DNA of 63,082 nucleotides, filler included, from Bigelowiella natans CCMP2755 (GCA_000320545.1; 5 parts of 5 records of this genome joined end to end with filler, not necessarily neighbours in it), one strand, 5' to 3'; positions 25,768-39,633 are shown, counted from the first letter of the whole stretch. Program-made: numbers and translations. Notes: generated by a model from the letters alone, not told the origin.

Positions 25768-26768
25768 CGTCAGTAAAGAGAATAATAACTATCTCCCTGG
25801 CCCCCCGATTCAAGCTCGCTGTCCTTCTCCTTTCGTGTGCAGGGGTGGAGCCATTCAAATTCTAACCGAAAAATTCCGATTCAAAATACTAAATATTTAA
25901 TAATTCGGCATGTCATAAAAAAAACCACATTGCAATTTCATACTGCGACAACCATCCGAGGGCATTTAACGAGCTACCTCTAACTAATTCCAAAAGACTA
26001 TTTGGCAAGAAAAATAATGCACGAGAAAAGGTGATGTCGCAAAGAGACAAGGGACTAAATTCAGATCCCGAAAAATTAAGTTTGCTTGCTCACCATATCT
26101 TTCGAGAAGCCGAAATTTATCTTAAGATCTAAGATTTTCGCCGAAAGTATGTACAATTGTTAGAGTTGATTTTTTTCACATATGATGTACATATTAAGAC
26201 AAGCCATAATGAGCTTTAACAAAAAAAATAATCAAATTTGTACCTCCTACATCGTGATTAAATTATGCATGATTTTGAAGATTGGAACATACAAATAAAA
26301 TACGACTATCCAATAATTTGGTTTTATATGAAAAAATTGGGGAAACAGCATTTCTAGGAACCCAAGAATCAGGCTTAAAAACATGGTTCCTTAGAATAGC
26401 CTTTTATATCTTACTTGGAATCCTAATGCTTAGTAAAAAATATGATGACGTGGTATTATGCCAATTTGGAGAATAAATTTAATATTTATTTCAAAAATAG
26501 CCTATAATTCTAATAACATGTGGAAAGTAATAACATAAGAATGCCTTAAGAAACCCACGCTTCAATTTCCAGCTACTGTGCCCCCCCCTTTTTGTAAGAG
26601 CCACTCGAACAGGAAAGACAGAATCGTATTTAGCTTAATATTTCGACAACACGATACGGGATTGCGTGTCGCAGCTGCTTTGCTGAGAACATACAAAGAG
26701 GAGGCGCTTAACGTTGTCACGCGTCTCCACTTGCCAAAGAGCATAGGGGGTACAAAAGTTTGAAGCCA

Positions 26769-27688
26769 ATGAACCCGGTGTCGTATCGCAGCTCGACGGA
26801 AGGCGGATCATGGAAGACTAATATATCCAGGTGCCGTATATGGATTTATGAATTGATTTATATCCTAGTTAGAATAAACGATTCCTTGTTTTCGTTCTCT
26901 ATTCTCGCTGTTAAAATCAAATGCCTCCTTGAGCGACAAAATAACCTTGCGTTTGCTATCCTTTCAGTAGACATAACCCTCTAGCACGGGGACCTCAATG
27001 CGAAGGGTCGAATGGTCCCCACGGCAATGGCGGCATTATTGGCAGATTCGAAAAAAACTCCCGTCGGTTCCGACACTTGGCCGCTCTGGTAGTTCAAGTT
27101 TTCGCAGCAATGGCGTTCGTGGTATTTCTTTCTTCAGGCCAAAGGTCAAACGCAAGCATTCCACGGCACATGATTCTTTGCCAATCTTACATTGGAATGT
27201 TTTTACCTTTTCAACAGGACGTCGGGTATCTTGCGGAGTGGGTTCGGCGAAAGTTCGGCCTCGAGCGCCCTGCCGACTCTCCTAACCGGCGTTTGCTCAA
27301 GCATATGGAACTATCTAAGCACGCATATCAATGAAATCGCTACGGCTCATCTACTCGCGGTCTGTGCAGGCCTTTGCATCTCTGCTGGCAGTGGAGGAGG
27401 AGGTGAAAAACGCGTCTTTTTTGGGCTCTGGTTGGTTGTCGTAGGAGATCGATGATAGCCTCATCTAAAACCTATGTGGTTTTGTGTTATCGTAGGGTTG
27501 TTTGTGCCGATTTTGATTGCAATGGTTGGAATGGAGGTCAGAGAACCGAAACGTTTTTCCGTTTAGTATGCATCTGCATGCGCGCGCGCGCGCACACCCT
27601 GAGTGTCTCACTCTCTCTCGCTCTCTCCGTCTGTGTATATCTCTCTGTGTGTGTGTGTGGTTTCGCGCGCGCGCGCGCACCCACACAC

Positions 27689-27776
<88 letters not shown>

Positions 27777-28298
27777 GTTATTTTATTGTGAGCACCTCCA
27801 TGCCTGGGTGCCTACGAATACGCGACAACACCGACAGGTCCATACTGCAACCTCTGCATCTCAAATCCTGATCTTCGGTTCCTCCATGGCTGGCGTTTGC
27901 TACGACCTGACGCAGCGGCACCCGGAGAGGGAGCGCCCTTTGATAGATCTATCGGTGTGTTAGTGAAACCGTAGGAGACGAGTGGGGCAGCGCAGTGCCG
28001 TCGTGTGTAGATTCAATCTTCCCGTTGTGATGCTGTTTTTTTGAGACGGTGGTTCTTGTTTGGAGAAAGTCGTATTGCATCACGACTAGCGTGAGAAAAG
28101 AAGTGATCCTCCTCCTCCTCCTCCTTCCCCCCCTCATCCTTATTCTTGTGACTGTGTATGCAGGTGATTCTCTTCCTCGCTCCGGTGATGATGGCGGGGG
28201 CGCTTGTTGGATCTGTCGTGTCAACAACCATGCCCCCCTCCCTTGTCATGCTCCTGCTTGTAATTGCGTGCTCAGCTGCAGCGTATAAGAGCTTGAGG
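26769..28298 (+). CDS. Sulfite exporter TauE/SafE (TSUP) family membrane protein, 5' part, truncated by spacer
   Basis: Spliced AGLCISAGSGGG|GLFVPILIAMVGME|VHTATSASQILIFGSSMAGVCYDLTQRHPERERPLIDLS|VILFLAPVMMAGALVGSVVSTTMP, the characteristic eukaryotic TauE pattern (GGGGxFVP ... RHP...PLIDxxxxLxxxPxxxxG). The start is uncertain. Confidence 0.85.
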
Positions 28299-28303
28299 TG
28301 GGG

Positions 28304-28403
28304 NNNNNNNNNNNNNNNNNNNNNNNNNNNNNNNNNNNNNNNNNNNNTTAATTAATTAANNNNNNNNNNNNNNNNNNNNNNNNNNNNNNNNNNNNNNNNN
28401 NNN
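28304..28403. other. Artificial contig spacer (N44-TTAATTAATTAA-N44)
   Basis: 100-bp N run with a central 12-mer encoding stops in all six frames; identical at four places. Confidence 0.98.
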
Positions 28404-28434
28404 CCCCCCCCCCCCCCCCCCCCCCTCTCCTCAC

Positions 28435-30138
28435 TTGTCGGAAATGGTGATCCAAGCCCCCCCGTCCTCTTGCTTCATCTGCAGCTCCGACCTGCAGGAC
28501 GATGCAGCATTCGGTCGGTACTCACCGTCATCATCATCATCATCATTACCATCATCATCATGTGTGTGCAGGCCAAAAAACGAGGAATGATCACAAACGA
28601 TGAACGATGATACGTTTCTTCTCTGTGCACTAGTCAGGACAGAGGAAAGGCATCAATGTATTCGTTGCTTCGAGTCAATTTAATATATTTTTTCTTCGTC
28701 ATTTCCTCTTACTTAATCGTCCTTGCAGGCTTGTTCCAAAGGATACGCATCGTAGTTCCGTCTATGGCATCAGCTGCGAGGGGCGGAATGTGATGAGGAC
28801 GAAGAAGAAGAAGAAGAAGAAGAAGAAGAAGAAGAAAGAAGAAGAAGGAGACGCGAAAGCGAGCGGAATGAGGAAAGGAGAGACAAAATATAATAAACAT
28901 ATATCTTCACTCATTCATATCTTAACGACCTGAAGGCATCGACATTCGAGTGACTGACAACTCCGTGGTCAATGTACGCAATAGCAACGGTTCGGTGAAT
29001 TCAGAGAAATTCCCGTTTGAGCTGTACCTATGGTAGGGCGTTTGATTGCATTAATGCGTGTAACTAAACACACACACGCGCGCGCGCGCGCGTACAATGT
29101 ATATACGCCGAGATGTGCGTGTAAGTGTGTGTGATGTTGTGCAGGCGCGTGTTCGTTCGTATTGAACGATTTCAAGACGATGGAGACATGATGGGGCAGG
29201 GAGGGGTAGGAGCAGGCAGGGGTATAAATCTTACGCAAAACCTCATTCTGAATTCATATTCTGAGCCAGGAGAGAGATTTTTTTTCCGCGCGAAATTCCC
29301 AGTTCCGTTGAATATTGATCTCCATTCCCCCTCCCCTGGACGCATCTAAACAAACGGTACATGTGTCGGGCGGGATATATATCTGATGTGTACCGATGGG
29401 TTTTTGATAATAGCGTGGAAAGACAGAGAGTGGGGGGGGGGGGGGAACCTGAAGCTCGTAAAAGTCTGCTCTACGGACTGTTTGCCAGTTCAGGGTCAAA
29501 GAGTAGTCAGTGACGTCGTGCTCATATAGCTGTTACGTTAATCACAATCAAAGAGAAAAAGGAAAACAATACCGTCAGCGGCTGCTCAAACAGGTCAGAA
29601 ATTGCTAATCAAAGGGGACAAAATTAGGGTTTTCACAGATGATCTTCTCCCCCTGGGGAGCTTGCTTAGCACAAGCACAGCAATCCAGACCGTCTGTCAT
29701 CGACGGAAAAGGGTGCTACTAGCGACTTCGAGTAGTAGTATTCAACTGTCTCGAAGCGGGGGGGGGGATTTTGCTAATTCTTACCAAAAACGGTTTGGAG
29801 TCCTCCACCGTAGGCTTGGATCCTAAGCAGCCGCCCCCCTCTAAAGCTCTGTGAGACATCCCCATCCCATAAAGTTGGCTCAATCCCCCCTGGCCGCGGC
29901 GAGACGAGGTCCAACGTTTATTGGTGGGAGCAAAGACATCATCACGGCCTCGAGGGCGTGGTACCCCAGAAGCTGTTTGCTTCAGTTGATCCTGGGAGAG
30001 CGTCGTCGGGGCCACACTCTCCAGTAAAGATTTATCCAATGTCAGAGAGTGGAGTGATGCCGAGCTGAAAGCGAGGACGCCGACAGCGGCGAGGAGGGCG
30101 AGCGCGAAGGCGTGTGGGGGGGGAGGAGCGTACCCCAT
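28435..30138 (-). CDS. Secreted/surface fibronectin type III repeat protein, 5' part, truncated by spacer
   Basis: Signal peptide MGYAPPPPHAFALALLAAVGVLAFSSA. FN3 #1: DVTDYSLTLNWQTVRRADFYELQ|MRPGEGEWRSIFNGTGNFARKKNLSPGSEYEFRMR|YSSNGNFSEFTEP. FN3 #2 start: AIDGTTMRILWNKP...SELQMKQEDGGAWITI. Confidence 0.8.
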
Positions 30139-30497
30139 GCGAATTTTTTCGTCCGAAGCTTTGCCTTTCAAATCAGCCGCTGATTTACCGGAAATTAACC
30201 AAGAAAATGCATGGCATTTCTATGTTACGTCAAATTTAACGTTCATGTCGTAGATACAAACCCCCCCAACACACGCTTTCCCCCTTTTGAGAAACCGGAC
30301 GTAAAAAAATAAAACCCCGTTTATTTCGGTGTAATGGAGCCGTTTAGATTAAGTCGTTCATGGAAAACGTCTTGGGATTTCGAGAATTATGGGTAAAAGA
30401 TCTATTGGCTGCTTGGAGTCGTGCTCACTTCTTATTGTTGCCCCTTCCCTTATCGAGCGAGAAGAGGGTAGAAGAAGAACTAGAACAGTCAGGGGAA

Positions 30498-31431
30498 ATG
30501 GCCACCAACTATGAGAATCTCAAGGAGGTGAAGGATAGCTCCGCCTTCTCCATTACGATCAAGGAGATGAGTGGGAAGGCGACCGATTTCGAGTTCGACC
30601 CGGATGCACACACCATTGGTGATCTCAAGAAGGTAGGAGATGGACAACGACATCATCGCATAGACGAAAGATCACTAGCCGTTCACGCAGCAGCTAATTT
30701 CTGAGAAATCTTGTCCGAAATATTGTTTCAAGGTGATCGAGTCAAAGCTTTCTCACCCTGTAAATCGGCAAAGACTGATCTTCATGGTAAGGAAGCGCAA
30801 CAGCACGAGGAGAAGGGGGAATGGCGGCGGCGGGGGGGGGGGGATTATGGATGATCACGTGTAGATATATAACGTACCCTAAACGCAAAAGAGCACTTTT
30901 GGAGTTTGGACTCAAATCAAATACGCGTCTGAAGCTGCAATCTGCATCTCTTCACCACTCACCTTGCATCATCTTCAGGGCAAGGAGCTGCGTAATGCGA
31001 AGATAAAACTTAAAGATGAGTTCAAGGATGCAGGAAACTCACCTGTGGTAGTCCACGATAGATACTAAAGGCCTCATCGCCAGCAGATATGGCAGATGAT
31101 TGTAGAGTTGTGGCGAAGGAAGATAATAGCGTGGATGATGGGTACAATATTCCAGAGCAGTCTTGAGTGACGCATGATATGGATTGTAGGTACACTTAGT
31201 CGTGCGTGCTCCAGATGCAGTAAAGTCACCGATGCCCTCCTCCTCCTCCTCCCCGTCTTCTACACAAACAACTTCCTCGTCGGCACGTGGCCAACTAGCA
31301 ATGCAGCGACTCTACAGGAACCGACCGATGCAGACCGTCAAATGCCCATTCTGCCGGACGATGGTGCAATTTCCGGTGTGTCCTCTAATCGTAGAGAACA
31401 TCAGACCATTAGATATATTATCAAATATGTT

Positions 31432-31464
<33 letters not shown>

Positions 31465-31725
31465 GTAATATGTAATATGTATATTATTTTCGTGTGTGCG
31501 CGGGTGTGTGTGTGTGTTTGTGTGTGTGTAGATATACAAAAAGAGTGCATGCGTATGTACGTCGGCGGTACGCATAGAATGTGAAATTTAGCGATGTGTA
31601 TTGTGTGGGGGGTAGGCTGTGCGTGTGCGAACAGTGGTAGATGGGGGGGAGTGGTGTGTGCGAGACCATCGCCACACGATCGATCTTCAAGCATGTCGTT
31701 GCTATGATTTGTTTTCTCATCATCG

Positions 31726-31757
<32 letters not shown>

Positions 31758-32607
31758 GTTATCATCATCATCATCATCATAGGTGGGCTCGCAGATGATA
31801 AGATGCAGTAGCTGTGGAGGGATATCTCGAATACAACTGGCGCAGGTCGTGTTCGCGAAACTGACAAATTCATTTCTAGCCATTACAACATCAGCCTCAG
31901 GAGGAGGAGGAGGAGGAGGAGGAGGAGGACGCGAATGAGATGACCCCTCCCCTATTCTTCCCCTTCTTCTTCTTCTTTCTCTTTTTTCTTCTCCCTCTTT
32001 TTCTTCTCACCATATCTCATTATACATGCGTGCAGCAAGGCGAGTGGTGAGTGATGGCCCTGTCTTAACTCTTTCTCTCTGATATACAACAACAAAGCAA
32101 CAATAACAATAACAATAACAACGACGACGACAGGACCGACAGAAGGTGTGTCCGCAGAGAGGTTGCAACGTGACGTTGGCGTACCGCACAAACATGCAGT
32201 ACATACGGTAGGAACTGGCAACCCACACAGAATTCAAACAGAGAGACCCAAGAGAGAAGGGGGAGAGGGAGACAGAGATATGTATGCGTGTGTGTGTGTG
32301 TGTGCGCTCGCGCGCTCTAGCTATATTATCAAACCGGTTGTGAGCATAAAACCTCGAATTTGGCGTTGTCTTACTTCCTCATTAGACAGCTCTTATTCCC
32401 TTAGAATGATGTGCGTGTTTGCGCGCCTAATCTTGATATATTCCTACTTCAGCGTCATCGTTGTTATCACCATTATCATCATCATCGTCATCATCATTTC
32501 CAACACTGCACTCGGATCATAATACTGATTATAGGTGTCCAAGCTGCGTTAGTACAATCGAGACGAGGAACTGGCGCGTAGTGGTTCAGGGCGATTCCAA
32601 GCAGTGA
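30498..32607 (+). CDS. Ubiquitin-like domain protein with two LSD1-type zinc fingers (7 exons)
   Basis: UBL: FSITIKEMSGKATDFEFDPDAHTIGDLKK|VIESKLSHPVNRQRLIFM|GKELRN...|VHLVVR. Then CPFCRTMVQFP|VGSQMIRCSSC and CPQRGCNVTLAYRTNMQYIR|CPSC. All junctions are GT-AG and in frame; stop TGA at 32605-32607. Confidence 0.85.
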
Positions 32608-33528
32608 CGTACCTATCCATCGCAAAAGAAAACAGTAGTAGCGTTTTACAAGTCTGTCAGGTGTGCACCCAAGTATGACATATACTTTTGTGTGTGTACG
32701 TACGTACACATGCGCAACATCAAATATATCGTATTATCGAAAGTAGGCACAAGATGTCGTTAGACGTTGTGCATGTACCATAGCCTAGATAGCGTCGTGC
32801 TTATCACCATTGCTATGGTTAGCATGCTGCACGACATGCCTAGATACGGGAAACATGCATGCGCTGTCGACCATGTCGAATCATTGGCATGCAGGGTCGT
32901 CATCAAACGCTAGCATGTGAGCAACGTTGCACATTTGGCCTAGCTAGCTAGCTAGACTTCTACGTGCGCACCTCATGCATGGACACGGGTAGAGCGCTGT
33001 ACCAGTGCACGTCGTGTAGACATGCTGTGTGCACACATGCGATGCTAGCATGACATCCGCTCATTTGCACAACAGCGCTACGTGCATGCATTGTCTATTG
33101 GGCCAGCTAGCTAGCTAGACGAAGGGCGACCATTGAAAAGATTTGATTTGTTCATCATTAGCATCGATCCGTCTCACCTAGCTTGAGTCACATCTAGACA
33201 TGTTGGCACATCAATCGAACACACACACACACACAGAGAGAGTCACAACATGAGTTGGCTTTTTGATGCGATTCCATGCATGACCAACCAGGACATAGAT
33301 GTCTTCTTTAGCAGTTGCCTTCCTAGCTAGCTTCGTCACAGCATCATCTCATCATTTGAAGCAAGTCACATGTAGACTCATTTACACATTCATCATCAGC
33401 GCAGCGATGTCGCACTTATTCTAATGCTAGCATGTACACATGCTAGCATGTGTACATGCCCGTGCTACATGTAGCGTGCATTGACAATGATGGAACAAAT
33501 CACAAGCGAAGATTGATGTCGATTATAT

Positions 33529-33588
33529 ACACGTAATATCATATATATAATATATTATAGACACGTAATATCATATATATAATATATA
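33529..33588. repeat. 32-bp-period tandem duplication (ACACGTAATATCATATATATAATATAT)
   Basis: Two direct copies at 33529 and 33561. Confidence 0.85.
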
Positions 33589-33809
33589 TGCTATTACTAT
33601 GTCTATTATGTCGAATTCGTTCATTGATGTGGTTTATAGGTTCCCCACCCACTGGATGTTGCACGATGCATGTAGGTCACTAGCATTTCCTACAAATACG
33701 AACTACACATGCATTCTGAACAAAGACACTAAAGGCTACGCTAGGGTTACATTCACGGCCTTCCCACGACCACATCCACCATACCACGGTCACAATTATT
33801 ACAACACAC

Positions 33810-34743
33810 TTATTTCCGTGTCGAGAATAGGTCACGAGATTTCCTGCTTGCCATGTCGCGTACTTCTCTCGCCTTTTCGTTTGCCTCGAGCATGTACGCA
33901 TACAGCACGCCGAATGCTACGGTGCTTGCAACCTTTGCAAGATATTGCTTTGTAAAGAAGGAATTACCTGCAGAGACACTGTTCTCAACCTCTGGTACGG
34001 CAGCGGATATGGGGGATGCAGGTTCGCGGGAAGCTGTCGGAATGCGAGCACTCTGAAGAAGCGATTGGCAAATTGGAAGAGTGTGCTTTTCCATGCAATG
34101 GCCAAGAGACTTCACGAATGGGATCGATGCGTATGTTGCTCCAGCAGCTCCTGTAGCAGCGAGGACAGCCAGTCCACGATTCCTAAGCCTACGCTCACTG
34201 GTGTTCTCAACGGCAATCACGGGTGTGGCGATTTTGGCGCTATCCTTAGGCAAGGGTGCGACAGCTGCCGCTCCCGGTCTTGCTGGAATTGCTTCATTGG
34301 GAGCACTGGTGTGGAGGCTTTGTTGAACAAACCAAACGAGGCCTCCGAAGACTACCAAAAGCCAAAGGGCGACCAATACTCTTTTTGTCGTATTTTGAGA
34401 AGCTCTAGCCTGGGTCCTTTTTTCATCAATAATTTTTTGCATCACAGCCCCTAGCTCGAGGTGGAGGAGCCCCATGCTTTGCAGACTCTTCAGATGGAGC
34501 CCGTCCGCGGAGTAGAGGTCAAATTTGTTGTTGCCAGAGCGTGGAAACACCAATTCGGCTTCCTTGCCACTATGTATCTCAAGCATGGTACTGACGTCGA
34601 CCTTCTTTGGAGCAGTAGTTGACTCCGGGCCCCCTTTGCTCTCTTCCTCAGGCTTAGCCACATCGACCAGAAGGGTCTCGCGGCAAGTGTTCTTGATCTT
34701 AATCGAAGTCATGAAGTTGGGGTTTAAAATTTTCCTCGGATAC
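33810..34743 (-). CDS. Hypothetical membrane protein (2-3 hydrophobic segments); upstream exon(s) possible to ~35300
   Basis: Long open frame after acceptor cctgtag|GTATCC with TM-like VLVALWLLVVFGGLVWFV, GLAVLAATGAAGATYASIPFV and VASTVAFGVLYAYML; no family recognised. Confidence 0.55.
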
Positions 34744-36204
34744 CTACAGGCACCATGTGACACGTGTGTAGAGTGACTGAAAGAAATGCGGCAAGAGAAT
34801 AGGTGAATGAAACAAGACGACAAAGTTGTCATGTTTCTTCCGTTGCTCTCTAGAATTTTCCTCCTCAAGCACATGTGCATACATTCGCATCGATTCCGAA
34901 CATAGGGCATAAGGATCTAGGAGACTGAGGGGGGGGGGAGGGGGGGAGCATGGGAGGAAACCGAGTGACCCGGTGTGTGTCCTTCTCACTCACGAGTATT
35001 TCGATGATCCGAAGTGTCAGCCGTCGGCGTACGGTGCTCGTACTCGAATACAAGCCGCGTAGCATGCCATTCCTTCCCTGCGACAAGCAAAAATATGGCA
35101 CGTATCGCGGACGTATTTCGTCGTTCGTCTTTCGCGGTCCTTTTTTGATGTTGCTTGCAGGGGCTTTTCTTCTTCCCTGTTTCCGGGGGTTTGACCGTGA
35201 CAGCCTGTCAGATTTCTTTTTGTTGGTGAGCTGGATCTCATGTGCACTAGATGATACAAGATCTAGAGAGTCGGTCGTCTTACACCCCCAGAAACCACCC
35301 AAAACACAGCACCGAGGATGACACCGAATTTTTTAAAAAAGGGAGGGCGTTTCTGATTGGAATAGGATGTTTTCGGCTGTATTAAGAGGGAGTTTGGCCC
35401 TCAGATAATAACGTGCAGCGATTCGCATACAACGCGCTTGTTTGCAGCCTCCTTCCCCTCCCCCTCCTCCCTTCCACTGCCAAAAAACCGCGGGCTAGGA
35501 CGTTCTGTTTGAAGCCTCAAATGAGCGATAACAACTCCATCCCCTCCATTCCAACCGCCAGGCCATCCCTCATGCGCCAGGCCACCACTGAAGACCCGCA
35601 CCAGCCAAAGGCTACTAAGGTCGCTTTCCGTTGCCGGGATATTCCTGTGTAACAAGATGCGCAGCGCGGAGAGAATGTGCAAGTTCAAAATGACTTTTTT
35701 TTAGTTTGAGAAAACTCAGCCGAACCGTGTTTATCCACGGGTCTCAGAACAAGGACATAAGGTTCTCAGTTTTAATTTCTCACGCTTTTCAGACCTCAGG
35801 AACGTCATCTTCTGAGGGGAAAGACTCAACGCCGAAGAGCGAAAGTATAAACAGCAGCGGAAAATCAACAAATAAAAAGTGAGAATATCTAACGATGTTT
35901 ACGAATTGTACATTCCCACTGGCCAGATACACAGATCAACAATTTATAAGTACTCTTCATTTTCGCGTATAAAGTACTCAAGATCTACAAGGAATGTCTA
36001 GGCTAGCCCTCTCTTTAGCATAGAACATATTTTCCATTTAATTTTGGTTACGTTGTCATTGGCTTCGCGCCGCCAAAAAATGTGGAGATATGGTGGAGTA
36101 CACTAAAATGTATGTGCACATGGGCCTCTATGTTAATGTTCATATACGAACAATTAATAACAATGCAAAACAATAACTGCAAACCTATAAACCCCACATA
36201 TTGC

Positions 36205-36261
<57 letters not shown>

Positions 36262-36957
36262 TTCTAGCTGCAATGCCACGTAAGAGCGCCAAAACTTTGT
36301 CACCAATCTTCAAACCCTGTTTTATTACATGCAAGCCGTAAGCAATTTTAGTCCGAAGAGCAAGCTACACAGATGCGAAACTGCGAGTGCATCACATATA
36401 CGCATGAAATGACAAAATAATTAACGCATATCGACGATATGTTATGCACATCCATTTGTTAGTATATATATACTGCGCCTATGAACAATGTACTTGTTTT
36501 AGAGCACAACGTACGTAACATGCTATGATTTACGTATGACGGCCGGCACTGTCCAGAATAATCGAAATATTACAACGACATGTTTCACCTCCACCGCCGC
36601 CTCTATGTGTTCTATCTCCACATATAAGCGATGGCTAGATAGCTAGCGTTACCATCAATAAATGCAAAACAATGTGCGAAATCTTGCGCGTCATTGGCTT
36701 TGTACCAACGAGGCAAATTGCTGCCGCTATGTAGACGGCTATCGGACTACTTGTCAATGCAATTGGATCACAGTGACAAACAAGTTCATCCTTTCATTGA
36801 TACAACTAATATGGATCGAGTTGTTTGAAACACAAACATTTTATGAAAATAATGTGTATATGTTCACGCTATGAGGTGCGAATAGACTAGCAAGATATCA
36901 TCGAGTCGTCGAAATCCCAACGAAAATTCTCATGATGCCGTGGCCAACCCTTCGAAT

Positions 36958-38125
36958 TTAATCTTCATCTTCATCAATATCATCATCAAGATCTAGACTC
37001 TTTGCAATAGCCCAGTCACAGAACTCGTTGAAAAGAATCTTCCCGCCCTAAGCAGAAATTAGAGCCAATTTTTGAATCTTCGGAGAAATTGCGAACAATT
37101 TATTATGAGAGCACTTTGTGTAAATTTCATTGAACATCAAATTACCCCATTGCTGTCTATCTCATCAAACGTCTTCTTAGGATCTGAAATTTTTACACCC
37201 CACTTCTCCATAAGTGGGCCTGCTTTCTTGAACTCCTCATAGTCAACGCGACGGTCGTCATCGGTGTCAGCACGATCGAACATGACCCAGTATTCAAAAT
37301 ATTGGCTAATTTGGCAATAGAATAATGTATTATAATTACATCAAAGCAAATTTCACTGAATTGATTTTCATACATTCCCGTAATTTTCATGCATTCTCGT
37401 AATTTTCATATATTCTCGTAATTTTGTGCAGAAGGAAATTTTCTCGGTATACGCTAACTATCAACCGGAGGCACTTTAGGAACCAACGAAACTCGCGCCA
37501 TTCGACATAGTCTCCGCTGACCTGGAGTGGGGAGAGAGAAATAAGAGGGAAGATTTTTTCATAGATCCCAACAAACGACGGTATCAGGCCACCTTTGATT
37601 TTTGCTTTCCCTTTTTCCTTGCCGCTTTGTAGGCGCGCATAATAGCAGGCTTGGAATCGAAGACTTCACCCAAATTCTGAGACGAAACGCAGAATTTCAC
37701 CTTTCCGAGTCATTTTAGCCACTCTAAAGTTGATCATTTTGTACCAGGATGTCTCTAACCCCCTTGTCAAGCTCCGCAAGCGAAAGGTATCTGCAATTCG
37801 TTGTCTAAGTTAGTTGAATTAGAGTTCGAAGCTATCCAGTTATTATTTACCCATTTCCGTTGGGGTCGAACCCTCCGAACATTTTCTTCCTAGCCTTTCT
37901 AGATTCCTTGAATGTTGGTCATTGCTCAGGTTACAACATAAATTATACGAAGGGATGAATACCTTGTCGCGCTTGTACGGAAGCTTCGCGTTAACTTTCT
38001 CCCAATCGATTCTGCAGCCAACAAGAGTCAGGATGTATCAGTCGCAGCCGATGGGAAGAAAATAGAATATTTTCAAGGGGGTGGGGCGTCAGAAGTACTC
38101 ACTTTCTATCTCCGACTCCGGCCAT
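36958..38125 (-). CDS. Flagellar calcium-binding protein (calflagin/FCaBP-like EF-hand protein), 8 exons, absent from the ORF track
   Basis: Spliced MAGVGDRK|IDWEKVNAKLPYKRDK|ESRKARKKMFGGFDPNGNG|YLSLAELDKGVRDIL|NLGEVFDSKPAIMRAYKAARKKGKQKSK|VSGDYVEWREFRWFLKCLR|QYFEYWVMFDRADTDDDRRVDYEEFKKAGPLMEKWGVKISDPKKTFDEIDSNG|GGKILFNEFCDWAIAKSLDLDDDIDEDED*. All junctions are in phase; classic FCaBP family signature. Confidence 0.92.
37364..37425. repeat. About 19-bp tandem repeat x3 (TTTTCATxxATTCxCGTAA) in a calflagin intron
   Basis: ttttcatacattcccgtaa / ttttcatgcattctcgtaa / ttttcatatattctcgtaa. Confidence 0.85.
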
Positions 38126-38843
38126 CTTGACAATCAATTAATCAATCACAAGTGCCACGAATATTCAGGGGTGGGAATTCAATCTTATCTGAGGGGGGAA
38201 AAAAAAAAGTTGTCGTCATAAAGAAACGCGATGCTATTTTTCGTAAATGTTCATTTTTTCCGAAATACGATTTCTCGCAGATCTATATACTAGATCTAGG
38301 CCCAGACCTACGCGTAATATCTTGTGCGAGCAGTTGCGTAACGGAAGAAGAAACAACGCAGAACAAGTCTCTTTTTGGCGAGCGACATCCTTGCTCGAAA
38401 CAAAAGTATGTGAAAAAGCATGAAGCAAGCCGCATCGTTGGCAGTCCCCCGGAAACATCGTAAAAATTCTGCCTGGATCTGGGTTGTGAAATGAGTTGCA
38501 AAAATCTCTTTCTTTTGTTCTCTTTTTAACGCATACTTTACTACGGGCTGCTCGCTGTGCGAGGGGAGGGAGGCAGGTCCAGTTCAGTCCTCTAGACCAG
38601 AAAAATCCTTGTCGCACACATAAAATGATCTATGATTCAATCGTTATTCGCCCACCAACAAAATAAATCCGAGCTCCGAGAGCGGATCGGCAGGCGAGCT
38701 CGAGCGAGGGGCTCCAGAAACCCCACCCATTATCCTTTCGCGAGAGGCGATCTCCTGCAGCATGCGCTCAGAGCTCCGGGCGAAGATAGCTTGCTGATTC
38801 GAAAAGGAGGTAGCAGCGGCCGACAGTGGGGCTAGAGCTCCAG

Positions 38844-39633
38844 ATGTCCGCAAGTCGGCAGTGCGTACGCTGTTGTGCCACCAGCAAATCCTCTCTGCGA
38901 GCTTCTTGCAACCCTCGCAAACCTTCTAGAAAGCAGTTGCGACCCAATACGCCATGGAGACAAATCTTAGCGCCTCGTGCCTTCAGAACACCCCTCACAG
39001 GCCTTGGGGCCAAGCGAGGTCACGCGCAGTTCCTCCGCCCCAAGATCATCTACCTTCAGGCTACGCGTCGTGCCCTTAGCGTTGATCAGAGGGACTTCGA
39101 TGATGATTCCAGTCGTCACAACTCTTCAATGGATGAGGGAAGAAGATATCCCCCTCCGGATGACACTGGAGGGGCGTGGCGTGGGCAGGGAGAAGATGGC
39201 GCAGGGGGGCAGACCTCCTCCTCCTCCTCCTCCTCCTCCTCCTCCTCCTCCTCCAGCACGTTTGTTTCACAGTACTTCGAAATGGACCTGATGGAGATCC
39301 AGTCGTACGTCGAGAGGAAGGGTAAGGCCTCTCATTCATCTCCCCCCTCTTCCCATCATCTAGAGAACGTCTCGTTCTGTTCTTTGGCTGCGCGACATTT
39401 CCTTTTTTAAACCGTTGTTTCTGATTTCACTGTCCTGGTGTGAGCGACCACTGTTACAATGCACAGGTTTCGAATATAAAGCCAGCCCAGAGCATATTCG
39501 GTTGTCCGAGTGCCCCTTATGCGATAATCCGCGGCGGGAGCCCTGGAAGTTCTACATATTCCTTAAAGGGGGGAGGTACAAGTGCTACAGCTGCAACCGA
39601 GCTGGAACATGGTACTTGCTTTTGCGCGTGGAA

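Noticed and set aside
28348-28359. TTAATTAATTAA recurring four times as a candidate biological repeat
   Set aside because: Always centred in an exact 100-bp N spacer; it is a six-frame-stop linker added during contig concatenation.
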